Positions 46,404 through 56,111 of a stretch of DNA of 64,000 nt are shown here, piece by piece. Each line of letters begins with the position of its first letter. Position 1 is the stretch's first letter. The notes under the pieces were generated by a model. That model did no database searches. It was given only the letters and a program-made list of their open reading frames with translations, and was not told where the DNA came from. Made by a program: the position numbers and the translations under genes. The stretch spans positions 146,409-210,408 of the IMG/VR virus record IMGVR_UViG_3300046703_000335, one strand, 5' to 3'.

Positions 46404-49400
46404 TTAACCCTTAGACATATATTCAGCTATTTTATCCAACTTTTCAGGATGCTTCATAACTACAGAAATAAGTTTAGTTAATGCTGCCTGTTTCTTACTA
46501 TCTAACCCTGCAGAAGAAAATCTACCCATACCTCCACCGCCAAGACCCCCACCGCCAAGACCCTCGCCTAACCCGCCCTCTTCCCCAGCAGGTGGTGGTG
46601 GAAGCGGATCAAGATTAAGATACTCAGCAAGTCGATCAGCCACTGTAAATCGTTCGACCAGCGCCTGTCCTGCGGCACTATAGATATTTGCCAAAAGTTG
46701 ATTGAATGCAAAGTCATTGACTGTGAACAAATCAGCTTCAATCTTTTTACGAGTAGAAATAGGATCGATATTAAGCATCTCAAGGATCACATCTATGGAA
46801 ATTGATCCTTTATTATAAAGCTGCATAGCCTGGTCAAAGAAAGTATCGTTATCTTTGATAGCAAGACGTGTAAAGCTTAATCGTGGATATATAAGTTTTT
46901 CTCTTCCGTATTTATCCTTCTCAATAAAACCTTTTTTTCTCGCCACAGGTTTAAAGAGATAATCCTCAACATATTCCTGAAGGAGTTCCCGGAATAAGAG
47001 GTACTGGGTATTTAGAATCTCGAGAGTCATCTTATTACCCGCATATGTACCTTCACCGGTCAAAATCTCTCGGGTAACTCCAAGACCTGCAAATAAGCTA
47101 TTCTCAATGTGCTCATACTCACTGGAGAGTTCTAAGAGACGACCATTTGAACCCATTTCTTCCCAGTGAACTTCATAGTTGGCAATGATAGAGAAGTCGG
47201 GATCAACAAGAGCAGTGTCCACTTGTTCCCTTAAATTCTCGATATCCACATCAGATAACTCTTCAGCCCATACTACCCGTATTGGGGTCATATGCCGGGA
47301 TGCTATCTGTGTCTGAGCCTGACGAAGCTTATCCTGTAGTAGTAACGAGTTAATACATCTTTCAAGAATTGATACTCCAAGAGTCTCATATTGACTTTTT
47401 TTACGAGCCATATGATAAACATATGACCCACTGTATGGATCAGTATCAAGAGGGATACTACCATTCTGTTGAAGATCCATAGAGAGTGACTTGGGTAATC
47501 GTGGCATGGCACTCTCCTCTTCCGGACTAAGCGGGAAGTAGGCAGGATCCTGCGAACTGAGAATACTCTTACGGGTTTCCGGATCAGGAATAAATTCTAT
47601 AAGGCTCTCATCCGAAAAAGGAATCTTTTTGATACGGACCTGGTCAGGTGGGAGGATTATTAACTTTCTCCAGCCCTTATAATTTGGATCCTTATCAATA
47701 ACTTTAAATTCTTTGAAGAGTCTCTCAGACTCTATTCTTCCCCACTCCTTAAGCTCTGCTACTTTAGCTTTACCCTCTTCATTACCCTCATCTACTTCAT
47801 ATGGGTTGTGGTCCTCCGCATAAGTAAAACAGTTGTGCGTGCTATATCCTGCTACCTGATATGTATGATCCTCTTCCACTTCAAAGTTATAAACGAAGTC
47901 ATTATAAGCTGTCTCTTCTATTGTTTTAACTTTAAATGCTATATCCCCATCAATATTAATCCAATATCTATTATCATCAGGGAAATGAGCATCATCAGGT
48001 AGGCTCTTATTAGAATATTGGGTTAGTATGTCACAGGAAGTTTCATCAGAGGCAGTTAATATATATGCATCTCTTACTACTTTTAGGGTACCATTTGGAA
48101 GAACGCATTCCCTGTTAGAAAAGTGATTTAAGCTACACACAGCACCACATTTAAGAGAGATATCCCTAATATTATCGATTAAACCTTTTGAGACCGTGGT
48201 ACAAGAAACAATAGTATGTCTTTTAGGACCCGCCACAGTGACACACCCATCTGAATCAACAATCCCTGCTAAAAAGTTCTTTAACTTTTCGATAGGTAAA
48301 TTTATAAACCACTCAGGTATCCTTTTTAGATTTTTACCAAGAGATGTTTCACCAAAGTTACTTGACCACCACTCTATAAATGCAGGGTTAGAATTTACTT
48401 TAAGATAAGTCATCCCCTCACATGTCCATACTTTTATAGCATCGATACCAAAGATCTTTATTAATATTCGATATAATCTATCGATTTCTATTACACATGT
48501 TTCTTTAGCAGATATCTGCCACAAACCTCTACCCCAGTTACTACGTGAGGAATCCCGAGAGAGAGTTCCATCCCCAGCCCAGAAACCTACTAAATAAGCG
48601 AAATCATCATCTATCTCAAGAGTATCTATTGCATTTAGAAACTTCTGTCTCTTATGTATGTACGTACCAGTAATTTCAATACTGGAGGTATCCGTTGGTA
48701 GCCATCTTACTTGTGATCCTTTTTGATATCCTTTAGCTCCTATCCGCTCATGAAACTTAGTATCTATAATCTCCTGTAATGAACTCACAGCAGCATTTAA
48801 TGATCGTAAGGGCACATCAAAAAGTTCAGCGAGTTCTTGATGAGTTTTTATTATAGGTTCTTTTAAAGCATTAAGCCAATTTAAAAGTCCTTTTTTAGCA
48901 GTAATCGCTTTTTCTGATCTTGGCTGATTTATCGTAACATTTGATATATATCCCCCATCAACTTTTGTATAGGTTGATGGAAAACTAAGAGGCAATTCAT
49001 GTACATCTGACACCTCTACAGGCCATGTTACTCTTATGTAGTCTTTTAAAGTTAAATCTTCAGCTTCAATAAAGATAAATTCCCCGTCTCTAAATACCTC
49101 TACAGGGTGCTCTCCTGTAATGGGTAACTCTTTAAATGTCTTCCAGGTATTTATCTTATATATAGTATCTGAGGGTCTACAAAATTTATTAGTTACTTTT
49201 CGATATCTTCCTTTATTCGTTAGTAGATAATCACCGATAGCTACTTCATCAGCTCTTTTAATGCCTGATAGCGTCTTTATTTCAGCGTAATTAGCCAGGC
49301 AATTACCTAACAAATGGTATTCGTGGCTTATCTCGAGTAAGGTCTTAAAAAGCTTGGTTTCACTACATAATTCTAAAAAGAACTCATATACATAGTCAAT

Positions 49401-49829
49401 CTGTTCCTGATTATCCCCATGAGGTTTTTCAAGCCTAATTTTAGACAAAGGAAGAGTAGAATGGAGATCGATCGCCTGTCCTACAAACTCATTTGCATTA
49501 TAAAAGTTTCGATACCAGGCGCGTCGTTCTCGTAAATTTTGCGGTTTCTCAAGAAAGTCAGTAGATAGCTGAGGAGAATAAAAGTTACCTTGAGAACTCT
49601 CTGATGTACCACCACTACTATAGCCTCCACCAGAAAAAGCTGAGCGGGTATTAAACCCAAAATTACTTGTAGTAGCATACTTTTTTATCTTACGTACTGC
49701 TTTTTCTTTTTCAGTAAGTTTTGAGGAAGGCATAATGTTATCCCCATTCTTTACTGTGGCAGCAGTCTTTATCGTGGCAGCAGTCTTAGAGCGTACAGTT
49801 GTTTTAGTACGAGTTCCTTCTTTATTCAT
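46404..49829 (-). CDS. Portal protein, intein-containing; about 651 aa after splicing
   Basis: FYSPQLSTDFLEKP..WYRNFY..VGQAIDLHSTLPLS..HEYHLLGN|CF; GVSILERC; GLGVTREILTGEGTY; position upstream of protease. Confidence 0.85.
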   Translation of the reverse strand: MNKEGTRTKTTVRSKTAATIKTAATVKNGDNIMPSSKLTEKEKAVRKIKKYATTSNFGFNTRSAFSGGGYSSGGTSESSQGNFYSPQLSTDFLEKPQNLRERRAWYRNFYNANEFVGQAIDLHSTLPLSKIRLEKPHGDNQEQIDYVYEFFLELCSETKLFKTLLEISHEYHLLGNCLANYAEIKTLSGIKRADEVAIGDYLLTNKGRYRKVTNKFCRPSDTIYKINTWKTFKELPITGEHPVEVFRDGEFIFIEAEDLTLKDYIRVTWPVEVSDVHELPLSFPSTYTKVDGGYISNVTINQPRSEKAITAKKGLLNWLNALKEPIIKTHQELAELFDVPLRSLNAAVSSLQEIIDTKFHERIGAKGYQKGSQVRWLPTDTSSIEITGTYIHKRQKFLNAIDTLEIDDDFAYLVGFWAGDGTLSRDSSRSNWGRGLWQISAKETCVIEIDRLYRILIKIFGIDAIKVWTCEGMTYLKVNSNPAFIEWWSSNFGETSLGKNLKRIPEWFINLPIEKLKNFLAGIVDSDGCVTVAGPKRHTIVSCTTVSKGLIDNIRDISLKCGAVCSLNHFSNRECVLPNGTLKVVRDAYILTASDETSCDILTQYSNKSLPDDAHFPDDNRYWINIDGDIAFKVKTIEETAYNDFVYNFEVEEDHTYQVAGYSTHNCFTYAEDHNPYEVDEGNEEGKAKVAELKEWGRIESERLFKEFKVIDKDPNYKGWRKLIILPPDQVRIKKIPFSDESLIEFIPDPETRKSILSSQDPAYFPLSPEEESAMPRLPKSLSMDLQQNGSIPLDTDPYSGSYVYHMARKKSQYETLGVSILERCINSLLLQDKLRQAQTQIASRHMTPIRVVWAEELSDVDIENLREQVDTALVDPDFSIIANYEVHWEEMGSNGRLLELSSEYEHIENSLFAGLGVTREILTGEGTYAGNKMTLEILNTQYLLFRELLQEYVEDYLFKPVARKKGFIEKDKYGREKLIYPRLSFTRLAIKDNDTFFDQAMQLYNKGSISIDVILEMLNIDPISTRKKIEADLFTVNDFAFNQLLANIYSAAGQALVERFTVADRLAEYLNLDPLPPPPAGEEGGLGEGLGGGGLGGGGMGRFSSAGLDSKKQAALTKLISVVMKHPEKLDKIAEYMSKG
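47832..49301 (-). mobile_element. Intein (490 aa) with LAGLIDADG endonuclease in portal
   Basis: Starts CLANYAEIKT; ITGEHPV; LVGFWAGDG and LAGIVDSDG; ends YQVAGYSTHN followed by Cys. Confidence 0.9.
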
Positions 49830-49832
49830 AGA

Positions 49833-50150
49833 TTAATCCCTCAATATCTTATCTAATTCTTTTACAAGTTCATCGTGCTCACTGATGTCAAAACCAGACA
49901 GGTCAGACATTCTGGACAAAAGATTACAAGCGGATCTTACCGTACCAAAATTCTTTTTACAGATATAGGACAACTGATGGAAATCTTCAAGCCCATTTAG
50001 CTTATTGTTATTATGGCTGTATTCCTCTTGAAATCTGCTCTGGACTTCTTTTTCCAAAGCAGCATAGTGTGCCATGTATTCCTGTAATATCTTAAGAGCA
50101 TTTTTCCTCATTCCATTTGCATCTAATATCATTTTATTTATATCTGGCAT
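49833..50150 (-). CDS. Hypothetical protein
   Basis: 105-aa ORF coupled to neighbours. Confidence 0.55.
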   Translation of the reverse strand: MPDINKMILDANGMRKNALKILQEYMAHYAALEKEVQSRFQEEYSHNNNKLNGLEDFHQLSYICKKNFGTVRSACNLLSRMSDLSGFDISEHDELVKELDKILRD

Positions 50151-50359
50151 TATGAAAGCTCCTGTTTTCCTTGTTCATTCTCCATACGATCTTTTGTAAA
50201 ATTACGAAGAACTTTCATCACGCTTCTCTGTGTAGGTTTTTTTTTCATGTCCCCTATAGTGCCTTGAGGCTTCATATTGGGGGTATCATCAGGAGAATAT
50301 CTATGCTCATAGTATCCTACACTACTCTGCTCTTCCTCATTTCCCAATTCTCCAGGCAT
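50150..50359 (-). CDS. Hypothetical protein
   Basis: 69-aa ORF with AAGGA RBS, first gene of the portal operon. Confidence 0.5.
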   Translation of the reverse strand: MPGELGNEEEQSSVGYYEHRYSPDDTPNMKPQGTIGDMKKKPTQRSVMKVLRNFTKDRMENEQGKQELS

Positions 50360-50398
50360 AAAAGTTCCTTTATCAAAAGCGTATATTCTATTACCAGT

Positions 50399-50413
50399 AA
50401 TAAGAGATTATTA
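50399..50413 (-). promoter_or_regulatory. Putative late promoter motif copy (portal operon)
   Basis: AATAAGAGATTATTA, 40 nt upstream of ATG 50359. Confidence 0.65.
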
Positions 50414-50590
50414 TGTTGTTTTAGCAGTAATATTTTTTGATGTCTCTTCATTTACTATCTTCTTACCACTATCGAGATACTTATCCATGACTCTTCGAAG
50501 CAACTCTGACTTAGATATTCCCAATATTTTAGCTTCTGCACCCAATATTTCCATTTGACGTTCTGTTAGACTAATAAGCGTCTTTACCAT
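50411..50590 (-). CDS. Ribbon-helix-helix (CopG-type) regulator, 59 aa (not in ORF track)
   Basis: MVKTLISLTERQMEILGAEAKILGISKSELLRRVMDKYLDSGKK...; AGGAG RBS. Confidence 0.8.
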   Translation of the reverse strand: MVKTLISLTERQMEILGAEAKILGISKSELLRRVMDKYLDSGKKIVNEETSKNITAKTT

Positions 50591-50650
50591 CTTTTTACTC
50601 CTGAATCATTTGATGTTATTTTAGATAGATATCTATTAGATATGAAGTGT

Positions 50651-50665
50651 ATTAAGAGAGTATTA
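50651..50665 (-). promoter_or_regulatory. Putative late promoter motif copy, with palindrome ATAGATATCTAT (50625-50636) downstream
   Basis: ATTAAGAGAGTATTA, 61 nt upstream of RHH ATG 50590. Confidence 0.6.
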
Positions 50666-50693
50666 CTCATGGAATTTAATTTTTTTATAATTA

Positions 50694-50798
50694 TTGAAAA
50701 ATTCATTTTATGAGTATATTCTTTAGATATATCCAATATATAAATTTTTAATATTTATTTAGTTGTTTATTGTTTAACTCATTTTATATAAGTATATT
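50694..50798 (+). promoter_or_regulatory. Two tandem sigma70-type promoters
   Basis: TTGAAA-N17-TATTCT (50694-50722) and TTGTTT-N17-TATATT (50770-50798). Confidence 0.45.
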
Positions 50799-50841
50799 AA
50801 TTATAGATAGATCATTTAATAACCTTAAAATGGAGTTTTTT

Positions 50842-51984
50842 ATGAACAAGTTAACTCAAACACTGATGATTGTTCTACTCACAATTCTTCCGGTATTATC
50901 TCAAATTCCTACAAAGGGACTTGTTGCCTGGTTCCCTTTCACCGGGAATTTTGCTGATGAAAGTGGAAACGGGATTGTACTTACTCAAGTAATGGCTCTC
51001 CCTACACTTACTGCTGACCATAATGGTATTGCTAATGCTGCCTACAGTTTTGATGGCTCAAAAAGTGGTTTCAAATATCCTACTTCTGCAAAATTTCCAT
51101 TAGGTAATTCTGATCTTACTATCAGTGCCTGGGTTTATATGCTGAATGGCGGAATACCTAGAGCTTTTACAAGCTGGGGCACCGATACCACAGGGCAAAA
51201 AAAGGAGATAGTATTTTATCAGGCAACTATTAATGATGTTATTTGCCTCGGTGTAACAAACGGAGTAGACTCTGTTACAACAGAATTCCCTGGAAATCCT
51301 GGTGGAAAGTGGTTACATGTTGCTGTATCGGTAAAATCTGGTAATGCTAAATTATATATCAATGGCATCTTGGGTGTATCAAAAGCAATAACTTTCAACA
51401 TTCAGAATGGTACATTAGGTGGAGCAGCATTCGGTATTGGAACTGATATGACTAATGCCTATTATGGTGATAATTATTTTGGAGGATCTCTTGATGATAT
51501 TTCGATATATAACAGAGCTCTTACCGATCAAGAGATTCTTTATGTTAAAAATTGCAAATCAACAAAAAATTCTGCACCGACATTCACTTCTATACCTTCC
51601 GCTACAGCTAATATTGCAGTTCAATATAACTATAATATAATTACTACTGATATCGAAAATCAGGCTGTTACAATAGCTCTTAAAGCTAACCCTTCTGGTA
51701 TGACTCTTGTTAACGGAAAAATATCATGGACACCAGAAAAAAGTCAAGTTGGAAAAAATTCTATCACTATCGTTGCTAAGGATGTTACAGGAGATTCAAC
51801 AATTCAAAGTTTTGAAGTAACAGTAACTCCATCGACTTCAGTTATACAAAAAGTTATTAACCCAAGACTTTCAAATAAGTCGACAAGCACTCTTTTTTAT
51901 CTCCCAAATGGTCAGGCTTGTGTTAATAAAAATTTTAGTGGTTTAAGATTGATTAATAACATGAAACAGTTAATTGTACGATAA
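50842..51984 (+). CDS. Secreted LamG + Ig-like (He_PIG/cadherin-like) protein, moron-like
   Basis: ATG 50842 with GGAG RBS; signal peptide; GLVAWFPFTGN..D.SGNG; KWLHVAV..LYING; GSLDDISIYNRALT; PSGMTL..G.ISWTP. Confidence 0.8.
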   Translation: MNKLTQTLMIVLLTILPVLSQIPTKGLVAWFPFTGNFADESGNGIVLTQVMALPTLTADHNGIANAAYSFDGSKSGFKYPTSAKFPLGNSDLTISAWVYMLNGGIPRAFTSWGTDTTGQKKEIVFYQATINDVICLGVTNGVDSVTTEFPGNPGGKWLHVAVSVKSGNAKLYINGILGVSKAITFNIQNGTLGGAAFGIGTDMTNAYYGDNYFGGSLDDISIYNRALTDQEILYVKNCKSTKNSAPTFTSIPSATANIAVQYNYNIITTDIENQAVTIALKANPSGMTLVNGKISWTPEKSQVGKNSITIVAKDVTGDSTIQSFEVTVTPSTSVIQKVINPRLSNKSTSTLFYLPNGQACVNKNFSGLRLINNMKQLIVR

Positions 51985-52011
51985 AAGAAAGGGGGCTTTT
52001 CGCCCCCTTTC
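51985..52011. terminator. Terminator between convergent genes
   Basis: GAAAGGGGGC-TTTTC-GCCCCCTTTC. Confidence 0.75.
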
Positions 52012-52015
52012 CTGT

Positions 52016-55000
52016 TTAAGATTGATAGTATCCTATGTAAGTTTTACCTACCATGTTTGCCACTTTACCAATACCTTCTGATACGATGCACAGATCAAGA
52101 CTCCACTCTCCACTATAGATCTTTTCAAGATTAGTACCCACATGAATTCTATTCTGTTTAATTAATCTTGGATAAAGTACCATCTTCCAATCAGCAGTCT
52201 CTGCTCCATTATCAGCATTCTGTTTGCCAAAAGTTATAAAATTGAAATCCTTAATAACTCTCTCGTATGGTGTATAAAGTGAAAAAGATTTATAGCCATT
52301 ATTATCCGCAGAAGTAGCATACTGCCACCAATTACTCTTAGGAATATACAACCCAATCGCTTTATCCACTGAATAGATAGATGGAAATGCCGCATTAGTA
52401 TCAATAATATCTGCTTGAACTTTAATGACAAAATTATCATCTCCAAATCTATTACCTTCAGGATACCAGTCGATATTTATTCCACCATCCCGATTACGGA
52501 AATATGGTGAAGTAAAATAATATTTAGTAATTGCACTTGTAGTAGGCACTATTATTGATGGGTCATACTTATAGCCAGACCATTCAATGATTAATGACCC
52601 AAGACTTGCTATAGTTATTCTTTCACACCGTAGCTTCTTATACTTCTGTATAGTAATATCTCCCACTATAATCTCATCAGGAGATGTATCTGTTGAAGCC
52701 TCAATTTCATTATATTGCGTTTCAAGATAACTAGCATTATCAAATGCCCATCTACCCGGGATTCTATCTATAGGAGTATCGTAATACTCTTTCATAGTCA
52801 GCATATAATACTGTTGCGGATCAGTAATAGGTGGATCTAAAGGCAATCCAAGTCCACTACTATTATCCAAATAAATTCTCTTAGTAGATGTAAATTTCTT
52901 TTCACGAAGAATGATCTGATTATTCTGATACTCCTCTCCATTCGAAGAATCGGCTATCCGCCCAATAACGGTAACATTAGGAGGGGTAACAATATCCTGA
53001 TTACCCTCTGGAGCCTCAGCCCCTACAAATCTCAATGCCTTTACCTCAAGAATATCGTTAATCAGTACTCTACCCTGAACCTGCAACCTATAATCAGTAT
53101 TAACATCTGTAATGGGACCAACACCCATATACTGAGTTTTAAGAATGCCGTTAGTAGAAATATTCCCCTTAACTTCAACAGCTACATCTGAATAATTCCC
53201 TCGACCATCAGAAAAATCTACAGTAAATGTCTTTAATTTTTCAGTATCTGTAACATTACGACTATCAATGAGGTGAAGACCAAAAGGATTTGATGTGCTA
53301 CCTGGTGTACCACCAATATTCGCAGATACTTTTGGATCTTTAAGATTTGTGAAGCCTAAAGTCCCCATAATATTACTATTAACATCCGTACCCCTTAAAG
53401 CGATCTCATTCGCCATCCCTGTACCTTTTACATAAAGATTGAGATTAGCATCAGATTGCCTTAATCCTTCATATATTACATCCGCACCATCTCCGAAAGA
53501 AGCTCCTTCTTTGAAGTACCCCTTTTTACCACACCAGATATTATTCTTTACAGTTAGATTCTGGACATTAGCAATATTAAAAATCTGCTCATTTGCATAA
53601 ATCGTCCCGTAAACAAAGATATCATCTCTAAAAATAACATTTGGGGAAAAGGTCACCCGGTTAAGCAGGCCTATTCCATTGAAATAGACATCACCGTTAA
53701 ACAACCACCCATCCGCAGCTTCACCAAGATCGAGCTTAGCAAATTTAATATTGAGGAAATCTCCACCATACCCACCAGAACCAAAATAATGAAATTTGGT
53801 AAATGCGACATCTACAGGAGCAAACAAACCTCGTGTCACTCTAAATAATTCTACTGCCTCGACCTTGATAGGATCAGCACCATTTAAAAGGTCTTTAATA
53901 ATAATGCGACCATGCTGATCACCACTCATACCTGTATACCCAAACGGATCTTCTACAACTTGTACTCCATATGCTATACCGGTTTCTGAAGTCACGGTAC
54001 CATCAGTATTATTATAAATAAAATTGTAAACTCTACTATCAGGCATACCAGTATATCCCTGATTGGGATCTGCCGGGAATCCTATGTTGTTAAGGATATC
54101 ATCTTTAACTTCTTCAATACCCCCCCACCCAGCTTGTGTAAGGGTAACGCTACCTGATACAATGGTACTATTTTCGAGTCTTATTTGATAATCGACCACA
54201 TCACCAGCGATAACAGTCCCTATCGGTTCTGGAAGAAGAAGCAAAGAATAATCGGACAGATATGCTGTACTGATGCCCATACCATAGAGACTCTTAACAT
54301 CACGATCATAACCATTTCCGATATCACCAATGGTAAAAAGACGAGTTCCCTCCGCATCATAAGCCTCATACGCTACCTGACCCCCAGTATAACCATAAGC
54401 AGAGACCCCTGTCTCACCAATAACTGCTATACCGCGTTTAACGAGAACAATAGCTGCAGCATCCACAACATCGGAGGATTGCGGGATTCCTGTAAACCCT
54501 ATTAAAGCAGGCATTTCACGTGAAACTGTCCCAGGGAGTTTCCAGGTTCTACCATACATATCCCGCTCGATATATGCATCTTTCCCTACAAACAAATGAT
54601 CATTTACCTGAGCAGACCCGTTAATTTCAAGAATGGTATTTACACCAGTGGCACCTTGGAAGCCATCATTATATCGATCAGTATTCCAGATAGGATCAGG
54701 TTGTTCCTGTCCCGGTGTTACAGTATTAAGACCTACTCGACCTTCATAGTCAACTGCTACATAATTCTTTATATCACCATCTTGTATAGCTTTGGCGAGA
54801 AGAATCAGTGAACCGGTCTCCCCATCGAAGTTTGTTATAGATACTATATTTTTACCAGTTTCACCTCTATGAATTACACTTAATGTATCCGAATATTCTC
54901 TCATACCTGTGATACCGGTTTCTCCAAACCCAATCATGACCTGTCTAGCAGATATCTGCTGAGCTATAATTTCTCCGGAATTAAGAGCTTCAGGACCTGT

Positions 55001-56083
55001 CTCCAGGGTAATTAATCCTGTATCATTCCCTACCATCAAACCTTGCATGGCGAACATGCCAGTATTACTTAAAACACGAGGAGTCACAGAATTACTATTG
55101 AATGCTTCAGTACCCAGACCTTGGTTTAACCCCGTGGCAAAAGCACCCTCATCTATAATCCCATTGGGGAATTGTGGTGTAAAACCATCAAGATTTTTAT
55201 CAGCAATATTTTCAGTATTATACCCACCATGAGTGATCCGATAAGAAATCTCATCAAGAGAGCACACTCTTTTATTATACAAGCTAAGTAAATCAACTAT
55301 CTGATTATCTTCTATTGTATCAGAAAAAGCAGTACGGTAAATAGCTGCTATTGGTATATTATAAGTATTGTCAGTAGGTTGACCATCGGAGCTTACAGCT
55401 CCGATAAACTCTACATCTCCTTGAGACTCATTGAAAATATCCTTACTTATAGGAGTATTCCAACCTTCAAGGACTCTTATATCTATAACCGCTCTTAATC
55501 GATTAGCTGTCTCTGTTCCTACAATAGGATTTTTAAGATTGCTATCCCGGTAGACATCCTGATCGGTACCCGTAGCTGCAGTAACTTCTGCAAAATGAAG
55601 ACTTACATAAACTATATCTATGCGATCTGTATCGGGCTGATTGATCATTGGGATAGGGGTAAGTGTTTTTGATTTATCTGTTTGAGTATTCAGATCGATA
55701 TTGTCTGAAGGATATGTCTGATCCCTATACTCTATATCTCCTGTCAGAAAAATATAATATCCTTTTGCATACAATACTGCTGGTCGATCGAGACTGACTC
55801 CTCCAGATACCGTAAAATTTTCCTGAGTACCAAATATCATTCCACCTTCTTTTACTTTGAAAGCTTCTGCAGTACTAAAAAATCCGGAAAATTTATTATT
55901 AGGAGATGCTACTTCGCCATAGACATGCTGGATACCCCGGCGTACTTGATCCAGTAAACCAATACCCATGTTACGGACTTCATCATCAAGTAAGGGCTTG
56001 TTTTTCTGAGCCCACAGATAATAGTAACGATTATATTCACCATATACGATCACATCAGAGTAAAATCCGCGTTTTCCTGACAT
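52016..56083 (-). CDS. Large tail-fibre/baseplate-like structural protein
   Basis: N-terminal QKNKPLLDDEVRN and R.DIVYV..H..EV....D...NP.VG.ETANRL typical of fibre/baseplate N-termini; GRVGLNT.TP fibre motif; 10 G-x-T-G motifs; 1355 aa. Confidence 0.6.
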   Translation of the reverse strand: MSGKRGFYSDVIVYGEYNRYYYLWAQKNKPLLDDEVRNMGIGLLDQVRRGIQHVYGEVASPNNKFSGFFSTAEAFKVKEGGMIFGTQENFTVSGGVSLDRPAVLYAKGYYIFLTGDIEYRDQTYPSDNIDLNTQTDKSKTLTPIPMINQPDTDRIDIVYVSLHFAEVTAATGTDQDVYRDSNLKNPIVGTETANRLRAVIDIRVLEGWNTPISKDIFNESQGDVEFIGAVSSDGQPTDNTYNIPIAAIYRTAFSDTIEDNQIVDLLSLYNKRVCSLDEISYRITHGGYNTENIADKNLDGFTPQFPNGIIDEGAFATGLNQGLGTEAFNSNSVTPRVLSNTGMFAMQGLMVGNDTGLITLETGPEALNSGEIIAQQISARQVMIGFGETGITGMREYSDTLSVIHRGETGKNIVSITNFDGETGSLILLAKAIQDGDIKNYVAVDYEGRVGLNTVTPGQEQPDPIWNTDRYNDGFQGATGVNTILEINGSAQVNDHLFVGKDAYIERDMYGRTWKLPGTVSREMPALIGFTGIPQSSDVVDAAAIVLVKRGIAVIGETGVSAYGYTGGQVAYEAYDAEGTRLFTIGDIGNGYDRDVKSLYGMGISTAYLSDYSLLLLPEPIGTVIAGDVVDYQIRLENSTIVSGSVTLTQAGWGGIEEVKDDILNNIGFPADPNQGYTGMPDSRVYNFIYNNTDGTVTSETGIAYGVQVVEDPFGYTGMSGDQHGRIIIKDLLNGADPIKVEAVELFRVTRGLFAPVDVAFTKFHYFGSGGYGGDFLNIKFAKLDLGEAADGWLFNGDVYFNGIGLLNRVTFSPNVIFRDDIFVYGTIYANEQIFNIANVQNLTVKNNIWCGKKGYFKEGASFGDGADVIYEGLRQSDANLNLYVKGTGMANEIALRGTDVNSNIMGTLGFTNLKDPKVSANIGGTPGSTSNPFGLHLIDSRNVTDTEKLKTFTVDFSDGRGNYSDVAVEVKGNISTNGILKTQYMGVGPITDVNTDYRLQVQGRVLINDILEVKALRFVGAEAPEGNQDIVTPPNVTVIGRIADSSNGEEYQNNQIILREKKFTSTKRIYLDNSSGLGLPLDPPITDPQQYYMLTMKEYYDTPIDRIPGRWAFDNASYLETQYNEIEASTDTSPDEIIVGDITIQKYKKLRCERITIASLGSLIIEWSGYKYDPSIIVPTTSAITKYYFTSPYFRNRDGGINIDWYPEGNRFGDDNFVIKVQADIIDTNAAFPSIYSVDKAIGLYIPKSNWWQYATSADNNGYKSFSLYTPYERVIKDFNFITFGKQNADNGAETADWKMVLYPRLIKQNRIHVGTNLEKIYSGEWSLDLCIVSEGIGKVANMVGKTYIGYYQS

Positions 56084-56111
56084 TTTTACATCCTCTTTTT
56101 ATATTTCCACA

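Noticed and set aside
52016-56083. Diversity-generating retroelement target in the fibre gene
   Set aside because: No reverse transcriptase or template/variable repeat pair was noticed in the window.
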